DNA of 51,290 nucleotides from an uncultured Planctomycetia bacterium (GCA_964594615.1 CAZQNZ010000001.1:1-51290); one strand, 5' to 3'; positions 19,200 through 29,647 are shown, counted from the first letter of the stretch. Program-made: numbers and translations. Notes: generated by a model from the sequence alone, not told the origin.

Positions 19200-22022
19200 A
19201 TGGCCAATCAGAAAACGATCGAAATTCAAGGTGCCCGACAGCACAATCTGAAGTCGGTGGATTTATCAATACCCCGTGATGAATTCGTCGTCATTACGGG
19301 CATCAGTGGTTCCGGAAAGAGTTCCCTGGCGTTTGATACCCTGTATGCGGAAGGGCAGCGTCGCTACGTCGAAAGCTTGTCCGCGTACGCCCGGCAATTT
19401 CTGGATCGGATGGATAAGCCGGATGTGGAATCCGTGGAAAACATTCCCCCAACAATTTCCATTGAGCAGGTATCAGGAGGGGAAACCCCACGATCAACGG
19501 TGGCCACACAGACGGAGATTTATGACTATCTACGTGTGCTCTTTGCCCGCATTGGCACACCGTACTGCCCGGAATGTGGGAAACGAATCCGCCGTCAGAG
19601 CCCCCGGGAAATCATTGATCAGGTGCTGGAACTGCCGGAGGAGAGACGAGCGATGATCCTTGCCCCGCTGGTGCGCAATCGAAAAGGGGAACATAAGGAG
19701 GTACTGGAACTGTTGCGGCGAGAGGGGTTTGTCCGGGCCCGGATTAATGGAAATGTGGTGGATATTCAGGATCTGCCGGAGCTGGATAAAAACAAAAAGC
19801 ATGAAATTGAAGCGGTGGTCGATCGAATCGTCCTGCGGGACGGGGTCCGTCAGCGGGTGGCGGAGTCGGTGGAAGCGGCGCTGGAACTGGGTGAAGGGCT
19901 GGTCATCGTGACCCATCAGGAAGAGAAGGGGGATGAATGGACCGATGAGCTGTTTAGCGAAGAGTACGGATGTCCGGACTGCGGCGTCAGCATCAGTGAG
20001 CTGTCTGCGCGTATGTTTTCCTTCAACAGTCCGTACGGGGCCTGTTCGAATTGTGACGGCCTCGGAACGCGGCCGGAACTGGACGAGGATCTGATTATTC
20101 CGGACAAGACGAAATCGATGGATGACGGAGCGATTGAAGGATGGCGCAAGACGGGTCGCCGCGCGGCGGTGTACTACAGCAAGAAAGAACGGGAATTCTG
20201 TCGCAAATTCGGATTCAGCCACGAAGCACCGGTGGAGGAGATGTCCGATGAGCTGTATGACATTCTGGTGTACGGAACGGATCCGGATGAAGAACGGACG
20301 TACGGGGCGTCCTATGATGGTGTGATTCCTACGCTGGAGGAACGATTTGAGAGCACGGATTCCGATTACGTCAAACAGAAAATCCACAAATACATGAGTG
20401 ATCTTCCCTGTGAAGCCTGTGGTGGGGGGCGGTTACGATTGGAATCCCTCGCTGTACGGATCGAGGGTCAAAACATCCATGAGATCTGTGAATTACCCAT
20501 TCGTGATGCGCTGACGTTCTTTGAAGAGCTCAAGTTGGAAAGTGAGGAGAATCGGGAGATTGCGGGACCCGTGCTCACCGAACTTCGCGAGCGACTCGGG
20601 TTTCTGCAGGACGTCGGGCTGGAGTATCTGACGTTAAACCGGAAAAGTGCCACCCTCTCCGGCGGCGAGTCCCAGCGGATTCAACTGGCATCACAGGTGG
20701 GGTCCGGCCTGGTCGGCGTATGTTACGTACTCGATGAACCAACCATCGGGCTGCATGCACGGGACAACCGCCGGTTGATCAACACGCTCCAGCAGCTGAG
20801 GGACATGGACAACACCGTAATTGTCGTTGAACATGACGAGGACACCATTCGGTCAGCAGATTACATGATCGAAATCGGTCCGCGTGCCGGATCCGGCGGC
20901 GGTGAAATCGTTGCACAGGGACCGCTTGACGACGTTATGGAAAATGGCAACGACTCCCTTACCGTCCAGTATCTGACCGGGGAGAAACAGATTGAGGTTC
21001 CGGAGGAGCGGCGTGATCCGGACGAAGGAGAAATTACCCTCTACGGGTGTGAGAACAACAACCTGAAGAACCTCGACGTTTCCTTTCCACTCGGACAGTT
21101 CATCTGTGTGACCGGCGTTTCCGGTTCCGGAAAAAGTTCTCTTGTGACTCAGACACTCTACCCGGTTCTGCACAGGAAACTGCACAGTTCCGGAGAAAAG
21201 CCGGGCGCTTATAAACGGGTGGAGGGTCATGACCGGATCGATAAGGCGATTTTAATCGATCAGGAACCGATCGGAAGGACGCCCCGCTCCATTCCGGCCA
21301 CGTATATTGGAGCGTTCACACCGATCCGAGAGCTGTTTGCCAGTGCCCGGGAAGCGAACATTCGGGGATATGAAAAGGGGCGGTTCAGTTTTAATGTGAA
21401 GGAAGGGCGGTGCGAAGCGTGCAAAGGACGCGGAGAGAAAGTGATTGAAATGCATTTCTTGCCTGATGTGCACGTAGATTGTGAAATCTGTGACGGGAAG
21501 CGGTATAATCGGGAGACGCTGGAGGTGGAGTACAAAGGAAAGAATATATACGAGGTATTGAACTTTTCCGTATCGGAAGCCCTCGAGTTTTTCGAAAACC
21601 ATCAAAAAATTCGACGGATCCTTCAGACGGTAGAGGATGTCGGTCTTGGATACTTGCGGCTCGGGCAGCCCAGCCCGACCCTGTCCGGTGGAGAAGCGCA
21701 GCGGATTAAACTCTCCTCGGAACTGGGGCGAAAGCAGACGGGAAACACGTTCTACGTTCTTGACGAACCGACGACGGGGTTACATTACGAGGATGTGAAC
21801 AAACTTTTGCAGGTTCTGAACCGGCTGGTCGAAAAAGGAAATACGGTGGTTGTTATCGAACACAACATTCAGGTGATCAAGACGGCGGATCACGTCATCG
21901 ATCTGGGACCGGAGGGGGGCAATGAAAACGGCGGTCAGTTGGTGGCTCAGGGAACACCGGAGGAGATCGCCGGTTCCGAGCCGTCCCACACCGGTAGGTT
22001 TTTAGATGAAGTGCTCAGGTAA
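19200..22022 (+). CDS. uvrA: excinuclease ABC subunit A
   Basis: Two ABC modules (GISGSGKSSLAFDT / LSGGESQRIQLA and GVSGSGKSSLV / LSGGEAQRIKL) plus CxxC zinc modules. The track ORF starts one codon earlier at TTG 19197. Confidence 0.98.
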   Translation: MANQKTIEIQGARQHNLKSVDLSIPRDEFVVITGISGSGKSSLAFDTLYAEGQRRYVESLSAYARQFLDRMDKPDVESVENIPPTISIEQVSGGETPRSTVATQTEIYDYLRVLFARIGTPYCPECGKRIRRQSPREIIDQVLELPEERRAMILAPLVRNRKGEHKEVLELLRREGFVRARINGNVVDIQDLPELDKNKKHEIEAVVDRIVLRDGVRQRVAESVEAALELGEGLVIVTHQEEKGDEWTDELFSEEYGCPDCGVSISELSARMFSFNSPYGACSNCDGLGTRPELDEDLIIPDKTKSMDDGAIEGWRKTGRRAAVYYSKKEREFCRKFGFSHEAPVEEMSDELYDILVYGTDPDEERTYGASYDGVIPTLEERFESTDSDYVKQKIHKYMSDLPCEACGGGRLRLESLAVRIEGQNIHEICELPIRDALTFFEELKLESEENREIAGPVLTELRERLGFLQDVGLEYLTLNRKSATLSGGESQRIQLASQVGSGLVGVCYVLDEPTIGLHARDNRRLINTLQQLRDMDNTVIVVEHDEDTIRSADYMIEIGPRAGSGGGEIVAQGPLDDVMENGNDSLTVQYLTGEKQIEVPEERRDPDEGEITLYGCENNNLKNLDVSFPLGQFICVTGVSGSGKSSLVTQTLYPVLHRKLHSSGEKPGAYKRVEGHDRIDKAILIDQEPIGRTPRSIPATYIGAFTPIRELFASAREANIRGYEKGRFSFNVKEGRCEACKGRGEKVIEMHFLPDVHVDCEICDGKRYNRETLEVEYKGKNIYEVLNFSVSEALEFFENHQKIRRILQTVEDVGLGYLRLGQPSPTLSGGEAQRIKLSSELGRKQTGNTFYVLDEPTTGLHYEDVNKLLQVLNRLVEKGNTVVVIEHNIQVIKTADHVIDLGPEGGNENGGQLVAQGTPEEIAGSEPSHTGRFLDEVLR

Positions 22023-22057
22023 GCGATTGTTTCAATTATTTAAACCAGAGGATTTTC

Positions 22058-24220
22058 GTGTCACGAAATAACAACCGTGGCGGTTCATCGGCCTGGTCGA
22101 GCAACTTGACCGAGGACGGGAACGACAACGGTGCAATCTGGGTGCGACCGTCATACTTTCTCGCGTTGTTTATTTCTGTCATCTGGGGAATCAGTATATT
22201 TCCGTATTCCTCGGGAGCGCTGGGAGTCTGGGAGATTTCCTTCGCGCGTCTGTTGCTGATAACGGCCAGTGTGCTGGCGTTCTACGGATTGCTCTGGGTT
22301 CGTCAGGATCCTCTTTTGTCGTCCCTATCCAGAATGTCGGTATACGGATGTATTTTTATTCTGACGCTGGTTGGATCCGGAATGGTACTGCATGCCGACC
22401 GTTCCGCCGTTTTCGTACCGCTGACATTGCTAACGATGCTCATTTCCGTTGGCTTTTCTCCGGTGCTGGCCATTGAATCGTTCTTCTTCATGTTCTTTCT
22501 CGTGGCCGTGACCTGGATTCCATCCGGAGATCCGTTTCAGGTTCTCCAACATACGGAGGCCATTCCGGTCTCCTCCGATGTGTTCTTCCTGTTGAGCTTC
22601 ATTGCCCTCGCCCCCGGATCCATCGTTGCTGGAATGATGTGCGAGACGATTCGAAAGCGGACACGACCTCTCAGTGCGGGGCTTGCAGCGGGGGTCATCC
22701 ATGTGGCAATGATGATCGGACTGGGACTGCTTCTCTATCCGGACATACAGGTCCTTGTCAACGAGGAGTATCGGCAGATTTTCTATTTGACCGCCGGTGT
22801 CGCGTTCGGGACAAGCGTTGTATCCGGAATCCTGTTGCTCGCCATTCTTCCGGTGGTCGAAAAAGTGTTTGGGATCCCAACAGATCTCGGCTTGCTGGAA
22901 CTTACGGACATGAACCAGCCCGCATTACGAAAACTCGCCATGGAAGCGCCGGGGACGTATCATCATAGTTTACGGGTTGGTACGTTGTGTGAGGAGGCTG
23001 CGGAGGCCATCGGTGCGAATGCACTGCTGGCTCGTGTTGGCAGTTATTATCATGACATCGGGAAAACAACCAAGCCGCAGTACTTTATTGAAAACAGTCA
23101 GGATGGTGAAAATCCACATGATCGCCTTCCATCCAATATGAGTAAACTCATTCTAATTGGACATGTGCGGGATGGCCTGGAGTTAGCCGATGAGTACGGC
23201 CTGCCGGACTGGATCAAGGAATTTATTGCTCAGCATCATGGCACCTCCGTAACGGAATATTTCTTTGCCAAGCAGGTGCGATCCAAAATCGAAAAGGGAG
23301 AAGAGCCCGATGTTGAAACGGCCGACTTCCGGTACCCTGGTCCGCTGCCCAGTTCCCGTGAAACGGGCATCTGCATGCTTGCGGATTCCGTGGAGGCGAC
23401 GAGCCGGTCATTGAAGGATCCCTCGCCGGCGAACATTGAAGGAATGGTTGACCGTATCGTCGAAAAGAGACTTCAGGACGGTCAACTGAACAAGTCTGGT
23501 CTCACGCTGGGTGAGATCAAAACCATCCGTCGCACCTTCGTGGAAGTGCTTTCGGGCATGATGCATGCCCGTATCGAATATCCGGATCAGGACGATCAGG
23601 AAGCCGGCCATGAGAGGGGGGACGGGGCGGAAGGAGGCGAACCGGATCAAAGTGAAATGGACACGGATTCAGTTCAAGAAGAAGAAAAGGGGGATCCAAA
23701 CGGAAAGCAGGCCGATTTGTCCGAGACGCCGGATGCAGTCCGCCCCGAGGAGAGGAACAGTTCATCCCATGATCGCAAGATCTTCGTTCTCAATCAGCAG
23801 GATGATCTCACCATTGATGAGAACAACGTCCGGGATCTGGTGCATTTTGTGATGAACGCGGAGAAATGTGATGACGGTGTTAGCATTGTGCTTCTGAAAA
23901 AGTCCGAAATACAGGAATTGCATCGTCAGCACTTACAGAAAGATCGACCGACGGATGTGCTTGCATTTCCCCTTTCGAGTTCAGAGGAACCGGATGAACT
24001 GAATCGTACCATCGGAGAGGTCATGGTCTGTCCGGCGGTGGCACGTTCACGAGCGACGAATCTGGACCACCCGGCTCTCCATGAGACATACTTGTATATC
24101 ATACACGGTTTACTTCACCTGCTGGGTTATGACGATAAGGATAAGCAGGAGGAGGAAAAGATGAAGACCAGGCAGGAAGAACTGCTTGAATCATTCACCG
24201 CATCGAACACAGGGGGATGA
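22058..24220 (+). CDS. fusion protein: 7TM-HD (PgpH/YqfF-type) phosphohydrolase + YbeY endoribonuclease
   Basis: 720 aa with a GTG start. About 7 hydrophobic helices span residues 30-270. The HD domain (HHSLRV, YHDIGK, AQHHGT) covers residues 285-505 and an acidic linker covers 506-572. The YbeY domain follows (TDVLAFPL, HGLLHLLGYDD). Confidence 0.85.
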   Translation: MSRNNNRGGSSAWSSNLTEDGNDNGAIWVRPSYFLALFISVIWGISIFPYSSGALGVWEISFARLLLITASVLAFYGLLWVRQDPLLSSLSRMSVYGCIFILTLVGSGMVLHADRSAVFVPLTLLTMLISVGFSPVLAIESFFFMFFLVAVTWIPSGDPFQVLQHTEAIPVSSDVFFLLSFIALAPGSIVAGMMCETIRKRTRPLSAGLAAGVIHVAMMIGLGLLLYPDIQVLVNEEYRQIFYLTAGVAFGTSVVSGILLLAILPVVEKVFGIPTDLGLLELTDMNQPALRKLAMEAPGTYHHSLRVGTLCEEAAEAIGANALLARVGSYYHDIGKTTKPQYFIENSQDGENPHDRLPSNMSKLILIGHVRDGLELADEYGLPDWIKEFIAQHHGTSVTEYFFAKQVRSKIEKGEEPDVETADFRYPGPLPSSRETGICMLADSVEATSRSLKDPSPANIEGMVDRIVEKRLQDGQLNKSGLTLGEIKTIRRTFVEVLSGMMHARIEYPDQDDQEAGHERGDGAEGGEPDQSEMDTDSVQEEEKGDPNGKQADLSETPDAVRPEERNSSSHDRKIFVLNQQDDLTIDENNVRDLVHFVMNAEKCDDGVSIVLLKKSEIQELHRQHLQKDRPTDVLAFPLSSSEEPDELNRTIGEVMVCPAVARSRATNLDHPALHETYLYIIHGLLHLLGYDDKDKQEEEKMKTRQEELLESFTASNTGG

Positions 24221-24270
24221 GGTGACTGAGGCTGTCGAAAAATATGTTGTTGTTCCAGCCCGTGAGGGAA

Positions 24271-24342
24271 AGCGGGTGACGGGACTTGAACCCGCAACGT
24301 CGAGCATGGGAAGCTCGCATTCTACCGTTGAATTACACCCGC
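24271..24342 (-). tRNA. tRNA-Gly (anticodon CCC)
   Basis: Reverse complement is GCGGGTGTAATTCAACGGTAGAATGCGAGCTTCCCATGCTCGACGTTGCGGGTTCAAGTCCCGTCACCCGCT. It folds as a cloverleaf with anticodon loop TTCCCAT. CCA is not encoded. Confidence 0.9.
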
Positions 24343-24351
24343 TTGAGGTAA

Positions 24352-24380
24352 ATTAGAATGAATCTAAATTGTGATTTCAA
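24352..24380 (-). promoter_or_regulatory. sigma70-like promoter for tRNA-Gly (TTGAAA-N17-TCTAAT)
   Basis: Read on the minus strand. The -10 element ends 9 nt before the mature tRNA 5' end. Confidence 0.4.
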
Positions 24381-24399
24381 GGATCTGAATGAGCGGACC

Positions 24400-26997
24400 A
24401 TGAACCGGGATGAGTTCCTGAAACCGTTCCTGTTGCGTTCCGCAGTGGCGATAAGCATCCTGGGATTTGCTTTCTGGATGCTGTTGACATCATCGGTTCT
24501 GGCGGAGGAAGAGCCCCCTTCCGAGGCGGGTCAAACATCCAGTAGCGACCAGGAAACGCTGGAGGAACTACAGGAACATCTCACGGCGGAGGAGCGACCT
24601 GTGCGGCAGAATGCCGCATCGGATCTGGTTTTGCGGACGTCCTCAGCAGCAACGGAACTGGTCTCCTCTCTGCTCACGAAGGGTTCTGATCAAGAGAAGG
24701 AGGCGTTACTCACCGCCATAGCCGGGCAGGTCGGAGAGGAAGATTCCGTAGCACACCTTCTTAGGCCGATTCTTCGGACCTATTCCCGGAAAACGAATGG
24801 TTCGGACAGGGCTCTTATTGAGGCGATTTCGTATTTTTCGGATTCCGCTTTGCTGGAAACGGTACGCGGATTACTAACCCAGCTTGCAAACAAGAAAGAA
24901 GATCCCGGTTCACCAGCGATTCTTCAGAAAGCCCGATTGATTCGGGTCCTCGGAGATTCTCAGGTTCAGGTCGATCCAATCGCGTTGGGGAATCAACTTT
25001 ATTCGATTTCGGATCAGCTCCCTCCGGTGCTTCACCCAGAACTCCTGATTGTTCTTCAGAAACGATTTCAGTTTTATGAGATGACGACCTTTGAGGCATG
25101 GAAGGAATGGTGGAAGCAGCATCAGTCCGAGTCCGACGCCGAGATTTATCGAACGCTGCTTCAACAGAAGTCGGACGTTGCATTAAAGGAATGGAAAACG
25201 TCCGTGAAGCGATTATTTACGCCATCGGAGCAGGGAGGCGAGCCCGTAATAAGTGATCTGTTGAGCGTGAATGATCCTCGAAAACTGGTGTTTCTTTTAC
25301 AAAACGTTCGAAACCAATCGAAGCCTGATCGCTTCGTTTCCGACGGGTCGAGTATTATCGAGTTGTTGACCAATCAGCAGCATCCGCGTGTCCTCCGTGA
25401 GGTGATCAAAACCATCGGGACACTCGAACTGAAGAAAGCACGGTCAGATGTTGAGAAATTCGTTGATCACTACCGGCCGTCGGTGCGGAAAATAACGGCG
25501 AATACGCTCGGAGTCATCGGTAACAAAAAGTCGGGCAAACGGTTAATTGAGCAGTTTGAGCGCGAAGACATCAGTGCGGTTCTCATCGCGATACTTGACG
25601 CATTCCGAGATCTAAAATATCAGGAATCGATCATGACGCTGCAGGACCGTCTCATGCAGGATACGGGTCTGAAGGATTCGGTACGCAATGAGATCGTATC
25701 CACCCTCGGTACCTTGCAGCAGGTGAAAAGCCTGCCTGTGCTGACGTCTTTACTGCAGCAGTCTGAACCGGAAAAGGAGGTCACACTACGATTTAACATC
25801 GCTCTGAGCATTGGTCAGATAGGGTCCGTTGAAGGCGTTCCCGCTCTGATTGAGTTGACCGACGCGCCAACGCCCAGTGTTCGAGGTGCTGCTGCACAGG
25901 CGCTCGGTAACATCTCGTTCACAGAAGACCAGAACGGGAGCTCCCAGCGCGAAAAAGCACTATCAGCGTTGTTTAAACTGCTTCGCCAGTCGGAAGACGC
26001 CACCGTCAAACGAAGAGCAGCAAAGAGCCTCTCCAGCATTGCACTGCCGGGAACGGTAGATCAGCTCGCCGAGTTGATTGCCGGTCGGGAGAACGGGGTG
26101 GAGGACGTGATTCGTTCTTCTCTGAAAAACACGCTTCAGCAATATCCAGAAAAGTTAAGCAATGTGATCCCCGTGCTTCAGGGTGCCGGGCAGCATACGT
26201 TGGTTCGAGAAATTGCCGGGTCCATGAGTGATGAGGCGCTGGATGAGTTGCCCGAGGATCAACGCAACCGCCTTTTCGTGGAGTTCGCCGAGTCGTATCT
26301 CGCGACGTCGGATTGGTCCAGTGTCCTGTCCATACTGGATCGGGTGACACAGGAAGACCTTTCAGCAACGGTCACGTTACTCAGAGCACGTGCCTACATT
26401 GGCCTGGGCAATTACACGGAAGCCTCCTCCTCGCTTGACGATCTGGAGGAGCAAGTCGAACAGGGAACGAGTGGCTGGTGGAGGATTCAGTACCTGAGAG
26501 CGAGGATGAGGTATCGGAAAGGGCCGGTGCGGGAGGCCATCTCCTTTATCCAGAACGAACTCCGGCCGCAGTCGCCCCCGGATTCCATTAACGAAAAGTT
26601 GAAACAGATCGAGGAAAAACATAAAACGGTGCTAGCCGAGATCAGCATGCGTCTTGAGGAACTGTTGACGCAAGAGGATACGGACAACCCCGACGGGGAT
26701 CAGGAACAGGAAAACGAGAAGCATCTGAACACGTTGCTCGGGGACGAACGGTATCATACGTTTGTGGTCCGACGTGCACTTGAAAAACTCCCGTCGAAGC
26801 CGGAGGACGTTCGTTCGAAACTGACACCCACACTGGTTCGTCTCCTGAATGAGATCACCGGCTGCAATGTGTCTTATTCCGAAAATATAGAAGCAAAAAC
26901 GGTGAGCAACATGATAAATGAATGGGAGAGCTGGTTAACGAACCAGGGTGACAAGAAGGCGGATTCAGGGGCGTCCCAGGACTCATCCGGATCATAA
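24400..26997 (+). CDS. large HEAT/PBS-lyase-repeat protein with N-terminal membrane anchor
   Basis: Hydrophobic helix AISILGFAFWMLLTSSVLA. Repeated HEAT-like units (VRKITANTLGVIGN, PSVRGAAAQALGNI, VKRRAAKSLSSIA). The longest ORF starts at 24358 but that would overlap the tRNA-Gly promoter, so I chose Met15 (MNRDEFLK). Confidence 0.7.
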   Translation: MNRDEFLKPFLLRSAVAISILGFAFWMLLTSSVLAEEEPPSEAGQTSSSDQETLEELQEHLTAEERPVRQNAASDLVLRTSSAATELVSSLLTKGSDQEKEALLTAIAGQVGEEDSVAHLLRPILRTYSRKTNGSDRALIEAISYFSDSALLETVRGLLTQLANKKEDPGSPAILQKARLIRVLGDSQVQVDPIALGNQLYSISDQLPPVLHPELLIVLQKRFQFYEMTTFEAWKEWWKQHQSESDAEIYRTLLQQKSDVALKEWKTSVKRLFTPSEQGGEPVISDLLSVNDPRKLVFLLQNVRNQSKPDRFVSDGSSIIELLTNQQHPRVLREVIKTIGTLELKKARSDVEKFVDHYRPSVRKITANTLGVIGNKKSGKRLIEQFEREDISAVLIAILDAFRDLKYQESIMTLQDRLMQDTGLKDSVRNEIVSTLGTLQQVKSLPVLTSLLQQSEPEKEVTLRFNIALSIGQIGSVEGVPALIELTDAPTPSVRGAAAQALGNISFTEDQNGSSQREKALSALFKLLRQSEDATVKRRAAKSLSSIALPGTVDQLAELIAGRENGVEDVIRSSLKNTLQQYPEKLSNVIPVLQGAGQHTLVREIAGSMSDEALDELPEDQRNRLFVEFAESYLATSDWSSVLSILDRVTQEDLSATVTLLRARAYIGLGNYTEASSSLDDLEEQVEQGTSGWWRIQYLRARMRYRKGPVREAISFIQNELRPQSPPDSINEKLKQIEEKHKTVLAEISMRLEELLTQEDTDNPDGDQEQENEKHLNTLLGDERYHTFVVRRALEKLPSKPEDVRSKLTPTLVRLLNEITGCNVSYSENIEAKTVSNMINEWESWLTNQGDKKADSGASQDSSGS

Positions 26998-27200
26998 CAC
27001 CTCCGTGAACGATGCGGGATCTCATCTAGTGATCCTGATGGATTTGACGAACGATCAGGATGAATTTCGACCCTCCGGCCGACGTGAACCCCCCGTTCGG
27101 TAGGAATTGAGAACGAGTTACGATTCGGTACCCTCGACAGGGGGCGCCCGACGAGTTTGTTGTAGCTAGTGACTGGATCCAAATAGAACGTTCAGGACGA

Positions 27201-29024
27201 ATGGCCGTTTCGATGTCCGAAGTGATGAATCCCGCTGCCTCTGACAATGACGATGAGCAGCGGGAAAAAAGTGCTTGGTCGGATTTTTTATGGCTCCTCG
27301 GGTATGCCAGGCCAATCTGGTATCTGTTTGCCGGTGTACTTGTGTTTTCGCTCATCGCTTCCGGCACGAAGAGCGGCCTTGCCTTCTTCGTTGGACCGTA
27401 CATCGATCGAATGAATGAGCAAAACATGTCGAAGCTCATTCAACTCGGCTTCATGGTGTTAGGGGTTGCGATTCTATCCGCTATTGGGCAGTACTGTTTT
27501 ATGTACCTCTCACGGGTTGTGAGAGAAAGAATCATGGTCCAGATGCGAATGGATGTGTTTAACCGTCTGTTGAAACTCCCTCTCAGTTTCTACTCAAAAC
27601 AAAAACAGGGAGATCTCATTTCACGGGTCACAAATGATATTCAGGTGTCCCGTCAGGCGTTGCATTCCATTCTGACGAAACTCGTGAAATCACCGATCAT
27701 GGCTGTGGTTGCTTTGGGTGCTGCTTATTGGGCCTCGCCCGCACTGACCCTCGTTGCCATGGTCATTGCACCTTTCATAACCATTCCCGTCGTGATCTTT
27801 TCAAAGAAAGTCAAGGAGTATAAGAAAAAAGGACTGTTTAAGCTGGGGGATATTGTCGAGTCCTTGAATCAGGTCCTATCCGGCATACGTGTTGTTCGAG
27901 TGTTCCAGGCGGAGAGCGATGAGGAAGAACAGTTCGAAGAACAGAACAAAAAACTCCTCGATCGAAATGTCAGCGTGATCAAATATAAGGCGCTTACTCA
28001 ATCCTCTATGCGTCTGTTTATAGGGGGATTGATTGCTCTGTTTTTATTTGTTGGTTCCTGGCTTGTGGTATCACCCGACGCACCAATATCCGGGCTCACG
28101 ATGGGGAACCTCGTACAGTTTATCGTTGCTCTGTGGATGCTTTATCAGCCCATCAAAAAATTAACGAAGACCTATAACAAACTTCAGGAATCATTAGCGG
28201 GGGTGCGGCGAGTTCGTGAACTTCTGCACGACGATCATCTCATCGACAACGTGCCCGAAGGATCTCGAAAGATTACAGATATTGGTGATCGAATCTCGAT
28301 CCGGGACATGTCGTTTGCTTACGAAGAGGCACCGGTATTGCGTGATATCGACCTGGATATATGCAAAGGTCAGACCGTCGCACTGGTCGGCCCTTCCGGA
28401 GCGGGAAAGTCGACGTTGATGGACATCGTGGCACGTTTTTATCATCCGCAGGAAGGGCGGATTACGGTGGATGGGCATCCCGTGGAGGACATTGATCTGA
28501 GTTCATACATGGATCGTATATCGATTGTCAGTCAGGACGCGTATCTATTTAACACGACGATTGAAGAAAATATTCGTTACGGGTCCCCAGAAGCGTCTCG
28601 TGAAGAGGTAGAACGGGTGTCTCGCATGGCAAATATTCATGATTTCATCACGTCGCTGGAACACGGATATGATACCAGCGTCGGAGAACGGGGGGTTCGC
28701 CTTTCGGGAGGGCAGAAACAGCGAATCACCATTGCTCGTGCGTTGCTTGAAGATCCGGAACTCCTCCTCCTTGACGAAGCCACGTCGGACCTGGATACTC
28801 AGTCGGAGCAAGAAATACAGGAGGCAATGGAAACACTTCTCAAAGGACGTACCTGCGTGATCATTGCTCATCGATTGTCCACGATACAGAATGCGGATCA
28901 AATACTTGTTCTTGAGGACGGAGAGATCGTACAACGTGGTACGCACAATCAGTTGATTGATCAGGAAGGGATGTACGCGACACTCTACAAACATCAATTC
29001 AAAGACAACGGTGACGTCGGATGA
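27201..29024 (+). CDS. type-1 ABC exporter, MsbA-like (fused 6-TM domain + ATPase)
   Basis: 607 aa. Walker A GPSGAGKST, signature LSGGQKQRITIARAL, Walker B LLLLDEATSDLD. Confidence 0.9.
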   Translation: MAVSMSEVMNPAASDNDDEQREKSAWSDFLWLLGYARPIWYLFAGVLVFSLIASGTKSGLAFFVGPYIDRMNEQNMSKLIQLGFMVLGVAILSAIGQYCFMYLSRVVRERIMVQMRMDVFNRLLKLPLSFYSKQKQGDLISRVTNDIQVSRQALHSILTKLVKSPIMAVVALGAAYWASPALTLVAMVIAPFITIPVVIFSKKVKEYKKKGLFKLGDIVESLNQVLSGIRVVRVFQAESDEEEQFEEQNKKLLDRNVSVIKYKALTQSSMRLFIGGLIALFLFVGSWLVVSPDAPISGLTMGNLVQFIVALWMLYQPIKKLTKTYNKLQESLAGVRRVRELLHDDHLIDNVPEGSRKITDIGDRISIRDMSFAYEEAPVLRDIDLDICKGQTVALVGPSGAGKSTLMDIVARFYHPQEGRITVDGHPVEDIDLSSYMDRISIVSQDAYLFNTTIEENIRYGSPEASREEVERVSRMANIHDFITSLEHGYDTSVGERGVRLSGGQKQRITIARALLEDPELLLLDEATSDLDTQSEQEIQEAMETLLKGRTCVIIAHRLSTIQNADQILVLEDGEIVQRGTHNQLIDQEGMYATLYKHQFKDNGDVG

Positions 29025-29647
29025 ACAAATATATTCGATACGAGAAATTTAGCTTCAAACTGCTTTTCGTCTACATCTTCGGGGTGGTGCTGATTGGGAT
29101 GGCTCATCCGCCGGAGTCCTGGTTGTCTCCGCATATCCTGATCGGAGCGACGTTGATGGGGATTGGTGAACTCGTGCGGATCTGGGCAGCGGGTCATCTG
29201 CGGAAAAATCAGGAGTTAACGGCTTCAGGCCCGTATTCATATGTCAAAAACCCGCTGTATATCGGGACCATTCTCATCACCGTCGGTACGTGTATCCTGG
29301 TCGGAAGCAATGACACCGGTATGATCTGGTTCGATTACTACAACTGGATTCTGCTGGCTGTAGCGGTTCTGGTCTTTGTCCTCTATTACATACCGTATAA
29401 GAAAAAACGGGAAGGAAATCGTTTGCATGACAAGTTTGGAGACGCCTGGGAGCAATACGACCGGGCGGTCCCCGATTATTTTCCAAGGCTCACACCATAT
29501 GACAAAGCGGGAACGACGGACAAACCATGGAGTTTTGACGTATACATTGAGAACAGTGAGCACTGGACCACGGTGCTGATCGTGGTGATCGTACTGATTG
29601 TCGTGTATAAAGCACCACTATTCTCGCTCCTGGGACTTCCCTACTGA
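29021..29647 (+). CDS. ICMT/PEMT-family integral membrane methyltransferase
   Basis: 208 aa polytopic protein with the motif LTASGPYSYVKNPLYIG. ATGA overlap with the upstream ABC gene. Confidence 0.8.
   Translation: MNKYIRYEKFSFKLLFVYIFGVVLIGMAHPPESWLSPHILIGATLMGIGELVRIWAAGHLRKNQELTASGPYSYVKNPLYIGTILITVGTCILVGSNDTGMIWFDYYNWILLAVAVLVFVLYYIPYKKKREGNRLHDKFGDAWEQYDRAVPDYFPRLTPYDKAGTTDKPWSFDVYIENSEHWTTVLIVVIVLIVVYKAPLFSLLGLPY

Noticed and set aside
19530-20387. 285-aa minus-strand ORF inside uvrA
   Set aside because: It is antisense to a perfectly conserved uvrA frame, has no motifs and has an Arg/Phe-rich composition typical of shadow ORFs. The same reasoning applies to 819-1469 in gyrB, 15627-16253 in the ABC gene, 39806-40486 and 40748-41254 in rimO, 43618-44262 in the E1 gene, and 41415-42071 out of frame in the ClC gene.
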